A DNA stretch of 64,000 nucleotides from the NCBI GenBank assembly GCA_965287045.1, contig OZ336881.1, positions 54,374,001 through 54,438,000 on the forward strand. The letters run 5' to 3'. The notes beneath the pieces were generated by a model. That model was given only the letters and a program-made list of their open reading frames with translations. It searched no databases and was not told the DNA's origin. The position numbers were made by a program, and so were the translations under genes. Numbering within the stretch: the stretch's first letter is position 1; each line of letters begins with the position of its first letter. This DNA comes from Carcharhinus amblyrhynchos (lineage: Eukaryota). This document shows, piece after piece, positions 37,061 to 49,589 of this stretch.

Positions 37061-37862
37061 TATTTATCCAAAATAAAATCTAAAACCAGATGGCTCTCTC
37101 CACAAGTTCAGAAGACCAGTAAATCAGGGGAAATAAAACAATGTAAGTGATTTTTAAATGACCTAAAATGAGGCATATTCCTCGCATGGCTAATTCAGAA
37201 AATGAATGATGTGGACGGATATCTCGTTAGCATAACGTTATTATATACATTTTTTTTGGATCCAGCAAGAATAGTTCAATTTTGCGCATGGTCGCAAGTC
37301 ATGTCCGATGTCAGGAAACAGACACAAAAAGTCAAAGGCTTGTTTTGTCTACAAACCGCACGTTCATTTTCATGAATTTGTGACAAAGGAAGGATATTTT
37401 AGCTTTCCTCCTCAATAAATGTAAAAGTTATGGTTGGGATAAACAGAGGTTGTAAATTGAATCTAAACTGAGAAGAATTTGATTCTGGCATCACTATACA
37501 CAGTTTGTTTCCAGATTGTCTTGTACTATTCACGATAAAGGGAGCTGGGGATATGCAAAGATTAATGTTTTCTGGTTTCTGTCTGCTAAGTCAACGTATA
37601 TTGTTATTTTTAAGGTGATCAGCAATATTACCATTCTTTAAGCTTGACGTATAATAGATACTGGAAATTTCAAAACAATTTTATATGTACTTCATCTAAT
37701 CTAATAAGCTGTATTCACCAAGCACAATGTGATCATTGGGCTATGATGGGCTAATCAAATACTGAAAATGTAACCATTTGCCATTCATCTCCATTCTGTC
37801 TGAAAGTGCATTCCTGAACTGCCGGTGGCTCCCCTTTCCTTCTCTTACCTCTGAAGCATTGG

Positions 37863-38166
37863 TTTTAATTTTATTAGTGTCACAAGGAGGCATACATTAA
37901 CACTGTGTTAAAATTACTGTGAAGCTCCCCTAGTCACCACACTCTGCCATCTGTTCGGGCATATCGAGGGAGAATTTAACACGGCCAAAGCACCTCACCA
38001 ACACATCTTTTGGGCTACGGGAAGAAATCAGAGCACCCAGAGGAAACCCATGCAGACACAAGGAGAAAATGCAGACTCCGCATAGACAGTTACCCAAGCC
38101 AGGAATTGAACCCAGGTCCCTGGTGCTGTGAGGCAGCAGTGCTAATCACGGTGCCACCGTGTTGCC
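37863..38166 (-). mobile_element. HE1-like V-SINE, alternative tail
   Basis: ttattagtgtcacaagg...gaggcagcagtgctaatcacggtgccaccgtg. Confidence 0.92.
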
Positions 38167-38818
38167 AGTGGTTAGCATTTACTAATCTGATAAGGTTTAA
38201 TGGAAGATTTGTGAACATTAGAAGCAGAAGACAACTTCAGCTGGTGTGTAGAACAGGTGGAGGTGAAATGGCCCCTGCAATACATTGCACCAATTTTCCT
38301 TTCTATCTACTTACTTGCATTTCCTTGGGCCTCCCATTTCCTCAGCATTTTACATAGAAAGATACAATATGAAGCTGCCTGATCTATCCAACCAATCCAC
38401 ATTGATGCTTAGCTGCACATAAGCAGCAACCTTAATGTAATGTACCCACCTTGATCTCATGTCTCTTTATTCTCTTTTTCTTTTTCTAATATCTAAGATT
38501 TCCTCTGGGGCTAAGAGCCACAGGCCTCTGACCAGCTTCTTCATGCTGTCCTTGCTCCTTTAGGATTTACTCATGGAAGCTGCCAAAGAGGCAGACTGCT
38601 CAACATTTAATCCGTCAGCCCAGTGATTGTCTGTGAAGGTGCTTACAGATGTTGTCAAATTGCTCCGATTAATTTGAGGCCCCCAATTCTGGGCCAGTCG
38701 TGAGCATCCAGTTCTGGGCACGCTTCCCTGTCCAAAACTGAGTAGCGCCACATTTCTCATCTGATGTTTCATTGTTAAGTTACTCCTCTTTCCTGCTGGC
38801 ATAACTTAAATCATCTAA

Positions 38819-39124
38819 GCGGCATGGTGGCACAGTGGTTAGCACTGCTGCCTCACAGCACCAATAATCTGGGTTCAATTCCTGTCTTGGGTCACTGTCT
38901 GTCCAGAGTGTGCACATTCTCCCTGTGTCTGCGTGGGTTTCCTCCAGGTGCTCCGGTTTCCTCCCACAGTCTGAAAGACATGCTGGTTAGCTGCATTAGC
39001 CACGCTAAATTTTCCCTCGGTGCGTCCGAACAGGCACCAGAATCTGACGACTAGGGGATTTTCACAGTAACTTAATTGCAATGTTAATGTAAGCCTACTT
39101 GTGACTAATAGATAAATTTTAAAC
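38819..39124 (+). mobile_element. HE1-like V-SINE, alternative tail
   Basis: ggcatggtggcacagtggttagcactgctgcctcacag...gcctacttgtgactaatagataaa. Confidence 0.93.
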
Positions 39125-39199
39125 ATGAAGTGTCATTTTGGTATAAATGGTGGAACTTCCAAAACAGCAGGATTTATCTTATCAAAAATAATTAATTCA

Positions 39200-39300
39200 C
39201 AGAACGTCCCAGAATGTCTCAGTTTCACAGAGGCATAAAGAAACAAAATATGAAACAAAGCCATATGAGGAGATGATTAATAGGCTGGTCAAAGAGGTAG
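39200..39300 (-). mobile_element. L2 3' fragment
   Basis: aacgtcccag...ttcacag...ggtcaaagaggtag is antisense to the L2 tail seen at 1905-2255. Confidence 0.55.
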
Positions 39301-41671
39301 TATAATCCTTTAACTTGTATACATGCAACTTCTTAGAGACAAGTGTGCTTTTTGAGAATATATACTCCACTGCAATTAAATGTATATATTACAATGTATG
39401 TTCTGTTTTATTTGAGATGCACTCCAATTCTTACTCTTTACATCATTTTTACCTCCATTTTTTAAATTTGGAATGGTAGGTTATTGTATTCTCAAAAACA
39501 GTAAAGGAAAATGAGGCGTGTAAACAAAACACAAAATACGATTTTAAATAAATGGAAGAGTATAAGACTCTCAACAAGTATAATGGTGGACTTGGGAAAA
39601 ATCCATTATCAAATAATCAAAAAGATTATTAACAGCTTTTAGTGTATGAGGTCTGAAGGGAAATCCAGTATACTTAAAGTTGAAAGAAGTGTGAAGTGAT
39701 TTACTTTATTAGTTTCAATACACAATTTAGCATTGTGACTTTTCATCCTATTTTTGTGAAAAGTAACATTTTAATTTGTGTCATATTTTAAAGGAAATAA
39801 ACCTTACTTTCTCAGCGACAAGAATATTTTTAAGCAATATGCCTTCACTGAATGAAAAAAGAGGAGAAAGAAGGAATGGAACAGGAGAAAGAAGAAAAGA
39901 TAGAAAGAGGAGAAAGAAGGAAAGACAAACTTTATATTGCACTTTTCACCACCCCATGATGTCCCAATGCACTTTATTATCAATAAATTACTTTGAAATA
40001 GAGGAGTCACTATTGTGACATAAGAAACCATCTCCCATCCTAAATTGTAATAATTGTTTAAAGAGTTACCATCACTCACATTAATACTTGTTATTTAGAA
40101 ATAGAAAGAATGAGTGTACATTTCAATGTTCTTTACAGCTGTCTTTCTGCTGGCATTTTTCTTCAGTCATTGAGACCGACATCAGGGACCTGTTTTCCCT
40201 GTCCTGTTCTTTAACATCTTTTAGACGACTCTCTGTCCTCCTCTGAATTTTGAGGCAAGATCTAGACACTGTTTTATCTTAACCTTCTTTAAAGAAAATT
40301 GAAGCGTTTTACAGAATGTAAGACCAGGGACATGAGTGCCTCTACTTTCACATTCACCGATGGCCTGAATCACAGAGTGCTTTGGATGTTTTTTTGCGTG
40401 CTGACACTGGTGACCGCTCAAACCCGATTGAATATTTCATCAATCACTTTGATACAGGTTACTATATGGTCAGAGGATGTAACAGCAGAGATTTGGTCTG
40501 TTGCTCAGGGGCAGGGGATAAACAAGTTGCCTTTCTTTGCCCTGTTCCACCTTGCATCAATCAGACAAATGACAGGATGAATGGCACTGAGTTTACTGAA
40601 TGTACACTTGAATATTTCTCAAATGTCATATTTAAAGAGACATTGGGCTATCCAGACTATTATTCAGAACTATCAACGTCTGAGCTTCAGATCATAATTT
40701 CAGAAGTCAAAATGGTCCGTTTAGTTTCCTCAAAAGAAGTCAGCTCAAGTGCCAGCCAGAGATTTTACATCTATCATTGTTTCTATCTCAGTAGACCCTG
40801 AACATGGACCCAAATGAGAAAGTGAACTAGATGGGTTGGATGGGACTCTCTCATCGCTCTCTTATATGTAGATTGATCTACCTTTCATCCTATGGATTTG
40901 ATGGATGGTTTTACAGCAGGAACTAGCTTTTATTTAACATGTGTCACACATGTGCCACCTACTGGTCCCAAATAGAACACCAGACACCCATTCCTTTGTC
41001 AAGGAAACCAGATAATGCATGACAGGCTGACAAACTGCCATCCGTGCGAGGGGCCCATTTAATTTACATGTATGAATCATTTGAATTTGGAAACCTAAGA
41101 ATCTCTGTGTTCACTTACCTCAAAACAATCCTTTGTTCATGCTTTACCTTGCTCTAATTTCAGTTTTAGCCTCCCTGCTTTCTGACTGCCAGACAACCTT
41201 CCTCAGGATAATGTGAGCATAATAGATTTTTCCAAGGCCACCATTACAATTGGCTAGCCAGAAATGACCTTGCAGCCAGATGAAATGACGAATATTATTT
41301 TATATTTTTACCAAGATGGCATAAGCAAAAGGGAATAAACTAGCTATAGGTGAATTACAGTGAAACTTCAGGACTATGTGATTTAACACAAGAAGTTGTC
41401 GCTGCTAAATACAGGATGAGTTTGTGTGTCACTTTGGAATTGGGTATTATTTGAACTGAGCCATTCAGATTCATCAGCTTCATTTTCTTACCTTATTCAT
41501 CCAGCAGTGGAATAAATTCCACAGTCTCACCAGGCTGCGTAAGTGTTTGCGCTTTTTAAAACTTTTAACCAAATGTTGTTGCCTGGAACTGAATGGAGGG
41601 TTTAAGTGGGCAACATGATGAAAGATATGTGAAAAACAGATGCTTTGATACTCATCACGAAGTGGTTGTAC

Positions 41672-41850
41672 ATTTGATTTGTTTTGATTTATTATTGTCA
41701 CATGAACTGGGATACAGTGAAAAGGATTGTTTCTTGCGCGCTATACGGACAAAGCATACTGTTCATTGAACACATAGGGGAGAAGGAAAGGATAGGGTGC
41801 AGAATATAATGTTGCAGTTACAGGTAGATTGAAGGGAAAGATAAGAGTTC
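41672..41850 (-). mobile_element. Rex1/Babar LINE 3'UTR fragment
   Basis: tgatttattattgtcacatg...gtgaaaaggattgtttcttgc...gacaaagcatactgttc is the reverse complement of 45750-45877. Confidence 0.8.
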
Positions 41851-43593
41851 AGTTTTTAATTGAACAGGAGAACAGGAGTAAAAGGTGAAACTAGAAGGTA
41901 TGCTGTGGATAGCTAGCAAGAAATCATCTCATTTTGGTGCCTCTTTTTGTGAAAGTTAATCATCAATTGAATGTAATCAAAGAATATATCATAATTCTAT
42001 TACAATTTATTTCAATTATATCAATGCAGCTGTTGGGAATCAAATTTCAAGGAACACATTGCTTTATTTTTTTCTGTTTTCCTCTTATAGTTTATGTGCA
42101 CTAAATACATCTATATTAACACATTAGAGGCAAATTAATTCATTCTGTTTCAATGCATAAGTGATAATAGAACGGTGAGCCTTTCTTTTATTGGGTTTCC
42201 GAGTAACAGCACAATAATAACAGCCATCAACGACAGCATATGAATTGCCCTGTTTACATATTTGCGAGGAACACATTTAAGACCCATATTGTTTGAGTAC
42301 ACATTTCATAAAATGCAAATGTACCATGCTCAATTAGAGCAACCATTTACTCAGCAGCAACTGACAGTTAAGAATATGACTTTACCAAAAGAAAGTGGAA
42401 GGGAAATGACTGAATAACAAAAATGCCGCTGACAGGTTATCTACAGTCCTATCATCTACCACCCAATCTGTCATAATATACACTCACTCATATATTATTG
42501 CTTAATTACAATAGCAAGTGTGCACACTGCTGCTTCGAAGAGCTGCCAGTCATGTGGAGTAGCACTTTTATGGCAAATTATTCTATTATCGTTCAGAGGA
42601 TGCACTGTTCTCATGATACAGAAATCAGTAGGAAGACAACAACAACTTGCATTTATATAGCACTTTTAGCATGTGAAACGGAAGAGGTGATTTCACCAAG
42701 GTCAACCTACCACTGCCAGCTGCAATATCAAACCATCAAGAAATTACAGAACTTTAGTAAAACTCCAACATATTTGACGCATATTACATGAATACATGAA
42801 TGACTGAATCATGAGTTGCTATTTTAACCAAAACTATTGATTTTAAATGCTCATTAATATTTAAAGATTAAATAGGTGATAACAAACTGGGATCCTGCTG
42901 ACTGCCTCAACTGACTCTTCTCCAAAGGAAAATAAAGGTAATAATGAAGGTGATGAGGGGAATGACTCACCGTTTAACCCATCCCTGAGCCATTGGACCA
43001 AGATTTGTTTTCATGTTTATTTCCCCAAAACACCTCAGTCTCACCCACTCTCTCACTTTTTCAATCTCGTGCACCAGTTCCTACATTTTCACTCAGGACA
43101 ATGTGGCAGTGGCAGAGGACAAATGTAATCGAAAATGTGGGAAGTGGCTTGATTGTTTCAGCCTCCCAGCAGAGGACAAGAAGAACGCTGTCCACAAAGT
43201 CAGATTTTCGATACCCAGAACACAATATATCATCCAGAAGGAAGGATGTTCAAGGGATATATAAGCCTTGTTGCAGATACCAATAAGACTTTTTCTTCAT
43301 GTCAGCTTCATTGGACTCCCACTTAAGAAGCAGTCAATCATTGCCCTCTTTATCTTGATGATGAGGATATCAGTAATCAGCTTCTAGACTATAGTGGTCA
43401 AGACGCAGGCTGCTTTCTCTGAGTGTGTTCAGTAACTCACAGCTATCGTTACATTTGTCAGCCCATTGATCAATGGCACAGATCCAGGTGCCAATGGAAT
43501 AGGGGACAGCAGAAACAGATCTTTGCATCTATGTTCTCTCAGGACACCAGCACATACTAGAGTCTGGTTTTCCTCCTCAGAGTAGAGAGTGCA

Positions 43594-43740
43594 AGAACCC
43601 ATAAAGCAGCAGAGTGGGAAAAAGCCCATAAATCAATGGGAGTTCAAAGAAAGAGAGCCTATAAAACAGTGGGAATTCAGACAGAGAGAGAGAGAGCCCA
43701 TAAAACAACAGGGAGAGAGAGAGAGAGAGAGAGAGCCAGG
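43594..43740 (+). repeat. Degenerate minisatellite (agcccataaa..gtggga units) plus (GA)n, possibly a CR1 5'UTR
   Basis: Four ccc/cctataaa units followed by a GA run, upstream of the CR1 ORF1 remnant. Confidence 0.6.
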
Positions 43741-43899
43741 GTTTACAGATGAAACCTAAAAGTGATGCCACAGGTATCCCATAAGTTGAATGATTATTAA
43801 GTATAGACCTCTCTGGATTTGGCACAGAGGAGATGATTGGTGACCGACATATGAATTATTATGTTGTACCATGCTATAGTAAACACTTTAATTACAGTT

Positions 43900-44515
43900 T
43901 AAGATGTGCACTGATCATGAAATGTGCATCCTGCAGGATGTGGGAAATTGTGCAGGTACAAAGTGCCCCTGATGACTACATCTGTGGAAAGCATCACTAG
44001 CTGCAGAAATGTGAGCTCTGGGTTGCATAATTCAAGCAGCACTGCAGCTAAGAAGCACACAGGTAGAGAGGGAATGGGTGGCTGTCAGAGCATCTGAGAG
44101 AAACAGGTAATTAGTATAGGCAGCCCTCCAAGGCTATCTCGCTCTCTAACCACATTTCCATTTTGGGTACTGGTGAACAAAATAGTTTCTCAGACAACTG
44201 TAGCAAAAACCAAGCTTAGGGCACCATGGGTAGCTCAGCTACACAGGAGGGGAGGAGGAAGAATGGAAAGGATTTAGTAGTAGGTGCTTTTTTTAGTTAG
44301 GGGAGCAAACAGGCATTTCTGCAGCCATAGATCTGATTGCAGGAAGAAATGTTGCCACCTTGGTGCCAGGGCCAGGGATGTCACTGAACGTCTGGTTCAA
44401 GATTCTTTTGGGGGTAGGGTGAATGGTCAGAGTTTGTTGTCCACAATGGGACCAATGACCTAGGTAGGAAAAGGAATAAGATTCTGAAAGCAGATTTTAG
44501 GGAGATAGGAAGGAC
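43900..44515 (+). mobile_element. CR1 ORF1 remnant (zinc finger plus SGNH esterase)
   Basis: CASCRMWE...DDYICGK, VVG..LVRG, CHLGARARDV, VVHNGTNDLGR, with stops. Confidence 0.85.
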
Positions 44516-44790
44516 ATTCCCATCTCCCTGGGGGGAGGCCGACTATCCCTGGAGAGGGAGCATGCGGTATCTGTGGGCACCCATTGAGGCCTTCCATGCT
44601 CGTTGGGCACTGTTGGGGTGTCTTATTGACCTCTTTAATCAACTTTTGATTTGGTGTTGTAAGTTTTGTTTTTGTTTCAGGTGGTTCCCCTTTAAGGACT
44701 GCCCTTTTTTATGTTGTCCCTCAGTTTATTTAATTCAATTTAATTGTTTAACTCCAAATGGACTAATGTGGGAGAGGCAGTACAGATTTA
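44516..44790 (+). mobile_element. Tx1-clade LINE 3' end
   Basis: GRLSLEREHAVS...EAFHARWA resembles the Tx1 ORF2 terminus, followed by a T-rich UTR. Confidence 0.65.
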
Positions 44791-44809
44791 TTAATAGTTG
44801 ACTAAATGC

Positions 44810-45098
44810 ACTGAGTTTTTCTTAAGGCGGTGAATGGAATGGTGAATGAGGACAGTGCAATTGATGTTGTGTACACGGACTTCCATAAAGTATTTGATAA
44901 AGTATCACATGTTAGGCTTTGTAGCAAATCTGAAACTAATGGACTAAAGAGGACAGTAGCAGCATGGGTACAAACTTGGCTAACGGATAGCAAACAAAGT
45001 TGAATGAATGGTTTTTTATCATCTGAAGGGAGTTGTACAATACAGTACCCCAAGGTTCTGTAACAGGATCACTGCTGTATTTGATATATGTTAATGAC
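44810..45098 (+). mobile_element. CR1 reverse transcriptase fragment
   Basis: IDVVYTDFHKVFDKVSH...WVQTWLTDSKQ...VPQGSVTGSLLYLIYVND. Confidence 0.88.
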
Positions 45099-45327
45099 AC
45101 TGCATCAGCTTGCTAATGGAATCAGCCACCACTCCCACATTAGAAAGGACGGTCTCCCAACTCTGCATAAAACCCAGTAAGAAGTTGATGCCAGATTCCT
45201 CCACGCTCCCGAGCTGCAAGCTTTCTGGCAGTTTGATCTTTACACCAAACATTTTGTTTTGCACACCCATCAACCTTCTTCATAGATCATTTATACCTGA
45301 GCCCTCTGCACCAGAACCTGCCATGCC

Positions 45328-45878
45328 AACAGTATAGTTAAGAAAGCCCACCAATGCCTCCACTTTCTCAGAAGACTAAGAACATCTGATTTGTCAGCTA
45401 CGACTCTCACCGTCTTTTATTGATGCACCATAGAAATCATTATTTCTAGTTGTATCACAGCTTGGTATGGCTCCTGCTCTGCCCAAGACTGCAAGGAACT
45501 ACAAAAGGTCATGAATGTAGCCCAATCCATCACACAAACCAGCCTCCAATCCATTGACTTTGGCTACACTTCCCACTGCCTCAGCAAAGCAGCCAGCATT
45601 CTCTCTTCCACCTCTTTCCATAGGGAAAAAGATACAAAGTCTGAGGTCATGTACCAACCGACTCAAGAACAGCTTCTTCCCTGCTGCTGCCAGGCTTTTG
45701 AATGGACCTACCTTGCATTTAAGCTGACCTTTCTCTGCACTCCAGCTATGACTGTAATGCCACATTCTGTACTGTCTCATTTCCTTCACTACGAACAGTG
45801 TGCTTTGTCTGTATAACATGCAAGAAACAATACTTTTCAGCATGTACCAATATAAGTGACAATAATAAATGAAATAAC
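45328..45878 (+). mobile_element. Rex1/Babar-clade LINE 3' end
   Basis: VKKAHQCLHFLRRLR...CTIEIIISSCITAWYGSCSAQDCKELQKV...TNRLKNSFFPAAARLLN; terminus gtgacaataataaatgaaat. Confidence 0.88.
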
Positions 45879-45889
45879 TTGTGTAAGAT

Positions 45890-47230
45890 CTCATCTTCCA
45901 GCAAGCTGGCACCCCTGCTGCCCTTTTACCCCTGCCCATGCTGCAAGCCACTTGGGTCCAGTGTATCACCATACATGATGCTACATTTAAACTATAGTGT
46001 AAAGTATGTGGAGCATCAGCATCTGGTCTAGTGAGCGCAAGTGTGAGAATAAGTGTTGGTGTTTCTTCATCAACATTGTCTCCTGGCTCTTCCATCTCTT
46101 GCTTTTCCATCACTGCCTGGGCAGGTGGCTGTTCTTTGGATATTTGCAAAGAGAAAGGTACCTGCGTAAGGTTTTGGGGAGGGGTAAGGAAGAGGTACAC
46201 ACTTACCCCAGCTCGTAAAACAGAATTGCTCATGGAATGAGCGAGATGTGGGATGTGAGGAAGAGGATTAGCTATAGGCCCGCTCTCGCCTTCAATATTA
46301 TTATGGCAACTCCAGTGATGGAGAATACCATCATATACATTCAGGTAAGGACATATAAGTTCTCCTGTCACCTATTCATTAGGTTCTGTAGTCTCCAGTT
46401 ATATGCCGCCTTCTCTGCAAAAGATAGGGAGTAGGTCAATGAGTGTAGCGCAGTATGTTTCTGTGATGAGACTGTCATGGAAAAATAGTTGATAGAGTGT
46501 GCAAAGTGTGAAATCTGGGTGTGAGGCTTTCAGCAGTGCCTTGTTTGTGAAGGCGAGGTAAAGCTTTGAGTGCTAGGTATAAGTTGTGACTGATAGACAT
46601 TGTTGGTGAATGAATGAAGGGAATATTGTGCATTGAGTGGTATGTGAGCACAGTGAAAATTGGTGGAATGTGTTTTTGAAGGTACATTCACTGACCTTGA
46701 CTATTCGTGTGAATAAAATCCCTACAGTACGGAGGAGGCCATTCGGCCCATCGAGTCTGCACCAAGCACAACCTCACCCAGGCTCCATTCCCACAACCCC
46801 ACATATTTACCCTGTTAATCCCCTGAAACTAGGGTCAAATTAGCATAACCCGCATATCTTTAGGCTATGGGAGGAAACCGGAAAATCTGAAGGAAAGCCA
46901 CGCAGACATGGGGAGAATGCGCAGACTCCACATAGACAGTGACCTGAGGCCGGAATTGAACATGAGTCCCTGGCACTGTGAGGCAGCAGTGCTAACCACT
47001 GTGCTGCCCATCATTGAATTTGTTGTGGCAATGCATGCAAGTCCTTAGGGCTTGGCCTTTGGCATTGACTGCCAATCTGCTCCCACTGACTTCACCATGT
47101 TTGCATAGAGGGCTTCTCAACACCTTATGAATGGGTGACATCTCTCGTCCTCTCCATCTCCTGAACCAAGGCCTCTAGTGTAACTTTGGAAAGTCTTGGA
47201 GCCTGCTTTCTGACATGTGCCATTGTTCTG
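45890..47230 (-). pseudogene. PIF/Harbinger Myb/SANT-like accessory gene remnant with intron
   Basis: Minus: MAHVRKQAPRLSKVTLEALVQEMERTRDV...QWEQI...RTCMHCHNKFND[SINE]FTRIVK|gtcagt; GT-AG intron 46695-46415; later exons KAAYNWR and EETPTLILTLA. Confidence 0.75.
46714..47009 (-). mobile_element. HE1 SINE (CR1/HER1 tail) inserted in the Harbinger exon
   Basis: aatccctacagtacggaggaggccattcggccc...gcagtgctaaccactgtgc. Confidence 0.92.
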
Positions 47231-48134
47231 TCTTTTCCATCTCAAAATTGTTTGTAGAATGACCTCCAGCTCTTACTCCAGTCAAGCTGTTCCTGCATTT
47301 ATAGAGGCGCAGGCTTGCTTTATGTAGGATAGGTTTACTTGAACTTGTGCTAGCCTCCCGTAGCTGAGCGCCACCTGCTTAGATATGCAGCCATTCATAA
47401 CAACTGCTGGTATGCTGCAATCATTTAAGTTAGCACAAAGTCAGCACATTATTTGCATCAGAAGGAATGGGAACAGGTTAATCACGCTTTATGATCATCA
47501 TGCCCATTTTTCAAGGCTATTGAACTTTGCAGCCCGAGGGTAGAAACACGATAAAGATATGTTATCCTTTGGAGCATGGGTATGGGATAATTGAGAGGGC
47601 ACAGCATTTCTGACTCAGGAAGACATAATGAAAAGAAAAATATAAAGCTTATGACACCAACCCTGGCTTCAGCACTGCTGTATTATACAACAAAAAATTA
47701 ACCAGGGACTTAGCTCAGGCCATAGGGAGAGCCTTGAAAGAATGTAGATCCTGACAACTGCTGCACATCATTTAAATACAAGTACCCCTGAGTAAAACAG
47801 TGGCCCAAATCTGGGAAGCTGTGAAGTGCTTTGCCATTAGCTCTCACTTTGATCTATCCAAATGGAGCCAGTGGTGGCGCAGTGGGCAGCTCATGGTGGA
47901 GCTGCAGAGTTGTGGGGAGATTCACACAAAACCAGTCCAATGAGAAGAAGGAACAGAAATGCTTTTCATGCATATCTCCTCACCAGCAAAAAAGCCAGTA
48001 CTGCGCTGGCATGGTACGTGTGCCAGAAATGGCAAATAAATTCACTCCTTTAAAGTTTTGTAACATGGAATTGCATAGGTATCACAGTTCGGCTCAATAG
48101 CTGATGTTGGTGTTTATCCCCCAGATGAGTAGCA

Positions 48135-48415
48135 GTGGCATGGTCGTTAGTGCTTCTGCCTCACAGCGTCTGGGACGCGGGTTCGATTCCTGGCTTGGGT
48201 CACTGTCTGTACAGAGTCTCTCTGTGTCTGTGTTCTAGTTTCCTCCCACAGTCCAAAAGATGTGCTAGTTAGGTGCATTGGCCATGCTAAATTGCCCTTT
48301 ACTGTTCCCGAACAGGCACCAGAGTGTGGCGACGAGGGGATTTTCACAGTAACTTCATTGCAGCGTTAATGTAAGCCTGCTTGTGATACTAATAAAATAA
48401 ACTTTTAAAACTTTA
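48135..48415 (+). mobile_element. HE1-like V-SINE, alternative tail
   Basis: gcctcacagcgtctgggacgcgggttcgattcc...gcttgtgatactaataaaataaac. Confidence 0.9.
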
Positions 48416-49056
48416 ATCCAACATATTCTCACATTCCCCAATTCCCTTTTCTATCAGCCATCTATCTAATCTATTCTTAAAACGTTGACATGGTTTCTGC
48501 TTCGGTCATTAATTCCAGTAGTGCATGCCCACAACCCACCATGTAATAGGTTACCTTATGAAATACTCAGAAGTTCATTGTCTAATGTAGCCTACAAGCT
48601 CCATACAAAGAAAAATTATCTTTACATCCCAAAGGTGGCTTGCCTCTCTCTCAGAGAAGAAAGTTGTTTAATTAAATTTGGAAGCACCGTGAAGAGGCTG
48701 GGGGACTTGCTGTGATAACGTGGACGGCTGCCAACCAATCATATGAATTCATCTTCCAGCCAGGTTTTGGTCATATGGGAAAACTGAAATCCTCTTCAAC
48801 TATTCCGTTGTGAAAGGAAATCTTTATACCCCTTTCAAAATATCAACAAAAGGAAAGGCAGGTGCTGTTAATCACAGGTTTTGTCTCGCTGTCTGTGAGG
48901 TGAATTAAGCAGTTCATAATAGAAGCCATGTATTTCTTAATATTGTGAATATGAAACTTGCTTGAATTAAAGTTTTCAATCTCCAGATAACAGAAATAAC
49001 TCTCAAGCCCTCACAGAATGATGACTTGAACCTTCAAATCAGAGAAAACTTAATAG

Positions 49057-49410
49057 TTTTTTTTATTCGCGAGACATGTGCATCGCTGGTTGGCCAGCAA
49101 TTATTGCCCATCCCTAGTTACCCAAGGGCAGTTGAGAGTCAACCACATTGCGGATGCTTTGGAGCCACATGTAGACCAGGTAAGAACAGCAGATTTCCTT
49201 CCTTAAAGGATATTAATGAACCAGATGGGTTTTTCTGCCAATCAACAATGGTGTCACGGTTATCAGTAGATTCTTAATCTTAATTCTATTTTTTATTGAA
49301 TTCAAATTCCACCATCTGCTGTGGCAGGATTCAACCCCAGGTTCCCAGGATATTAACTGAGTTTTCTGGATTAATAGTTAAGCGGTAATATCACTAGGCT
49401 ATCGCCACCT
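49057..49410 (-). mobile_element. SINE family B, near full length
   Basis: ttattgcccatcccta...cagatttccttccttaaagg...gaattcaaattccaccatctgc...ggattcaaccc. Confidence 0.9.
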
Positions 49411-49475
49411 TCCCATCCCATTGGGAGCATCTGCCAGCTGCATGTGCTCACAAAACGCATGGATGTGGTTAATAC

Positions 49476-49580
49476 CTCACTAAACTTCACCAACTCTATA
49501 CCACCCACCATCTAACTTACTAAGCATCTAACTAAGTGGGCATCTAACTCACTAAACTTCATCAACTCTGTACCACCCAC
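49476..49580. repeat. 33-bp direct repeat flanking iterated catctaact units
   Basis: 49476-49508 vs 49548-49580 match at 31/33. Confidence 0.9.
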
Positions 49581-49589
49581 ACTCCCACC

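Noticed and set aside
40382-40801. 139-aa ORF in unique sequence
   Set aside because: No ATG start, no recognisable domain and no good flanking donor; within chance length for 64 kb. BLASTP would settle it.
41114-42972. Consensus minus-strand donors (acttacct near 41115; actcaccg near 42965)
   Set aside because: No matching acceptor with a pyrimidine tract at exon distance; isolated donors are expected by chance
43097-43286. Possible exon after the acceptor ttttcactcag with two open frames
   Set aside because: No strong donor found and the peptides are unrecognised; weaker than the 59269 candidate
43594-43740. Regularly spaced short repeats resembling a CRISPR array
   Set aside because: Eukaryotic context, degenerate units without unique spacers, no cas genes; a minisatellite next to CR1 ORF1
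45499-46371. Longest ORF (290 aa, minus strand)
   Set aside because: A chimera reading through Harbinger remnant sequence into antisense Rex1; not a coherent protein
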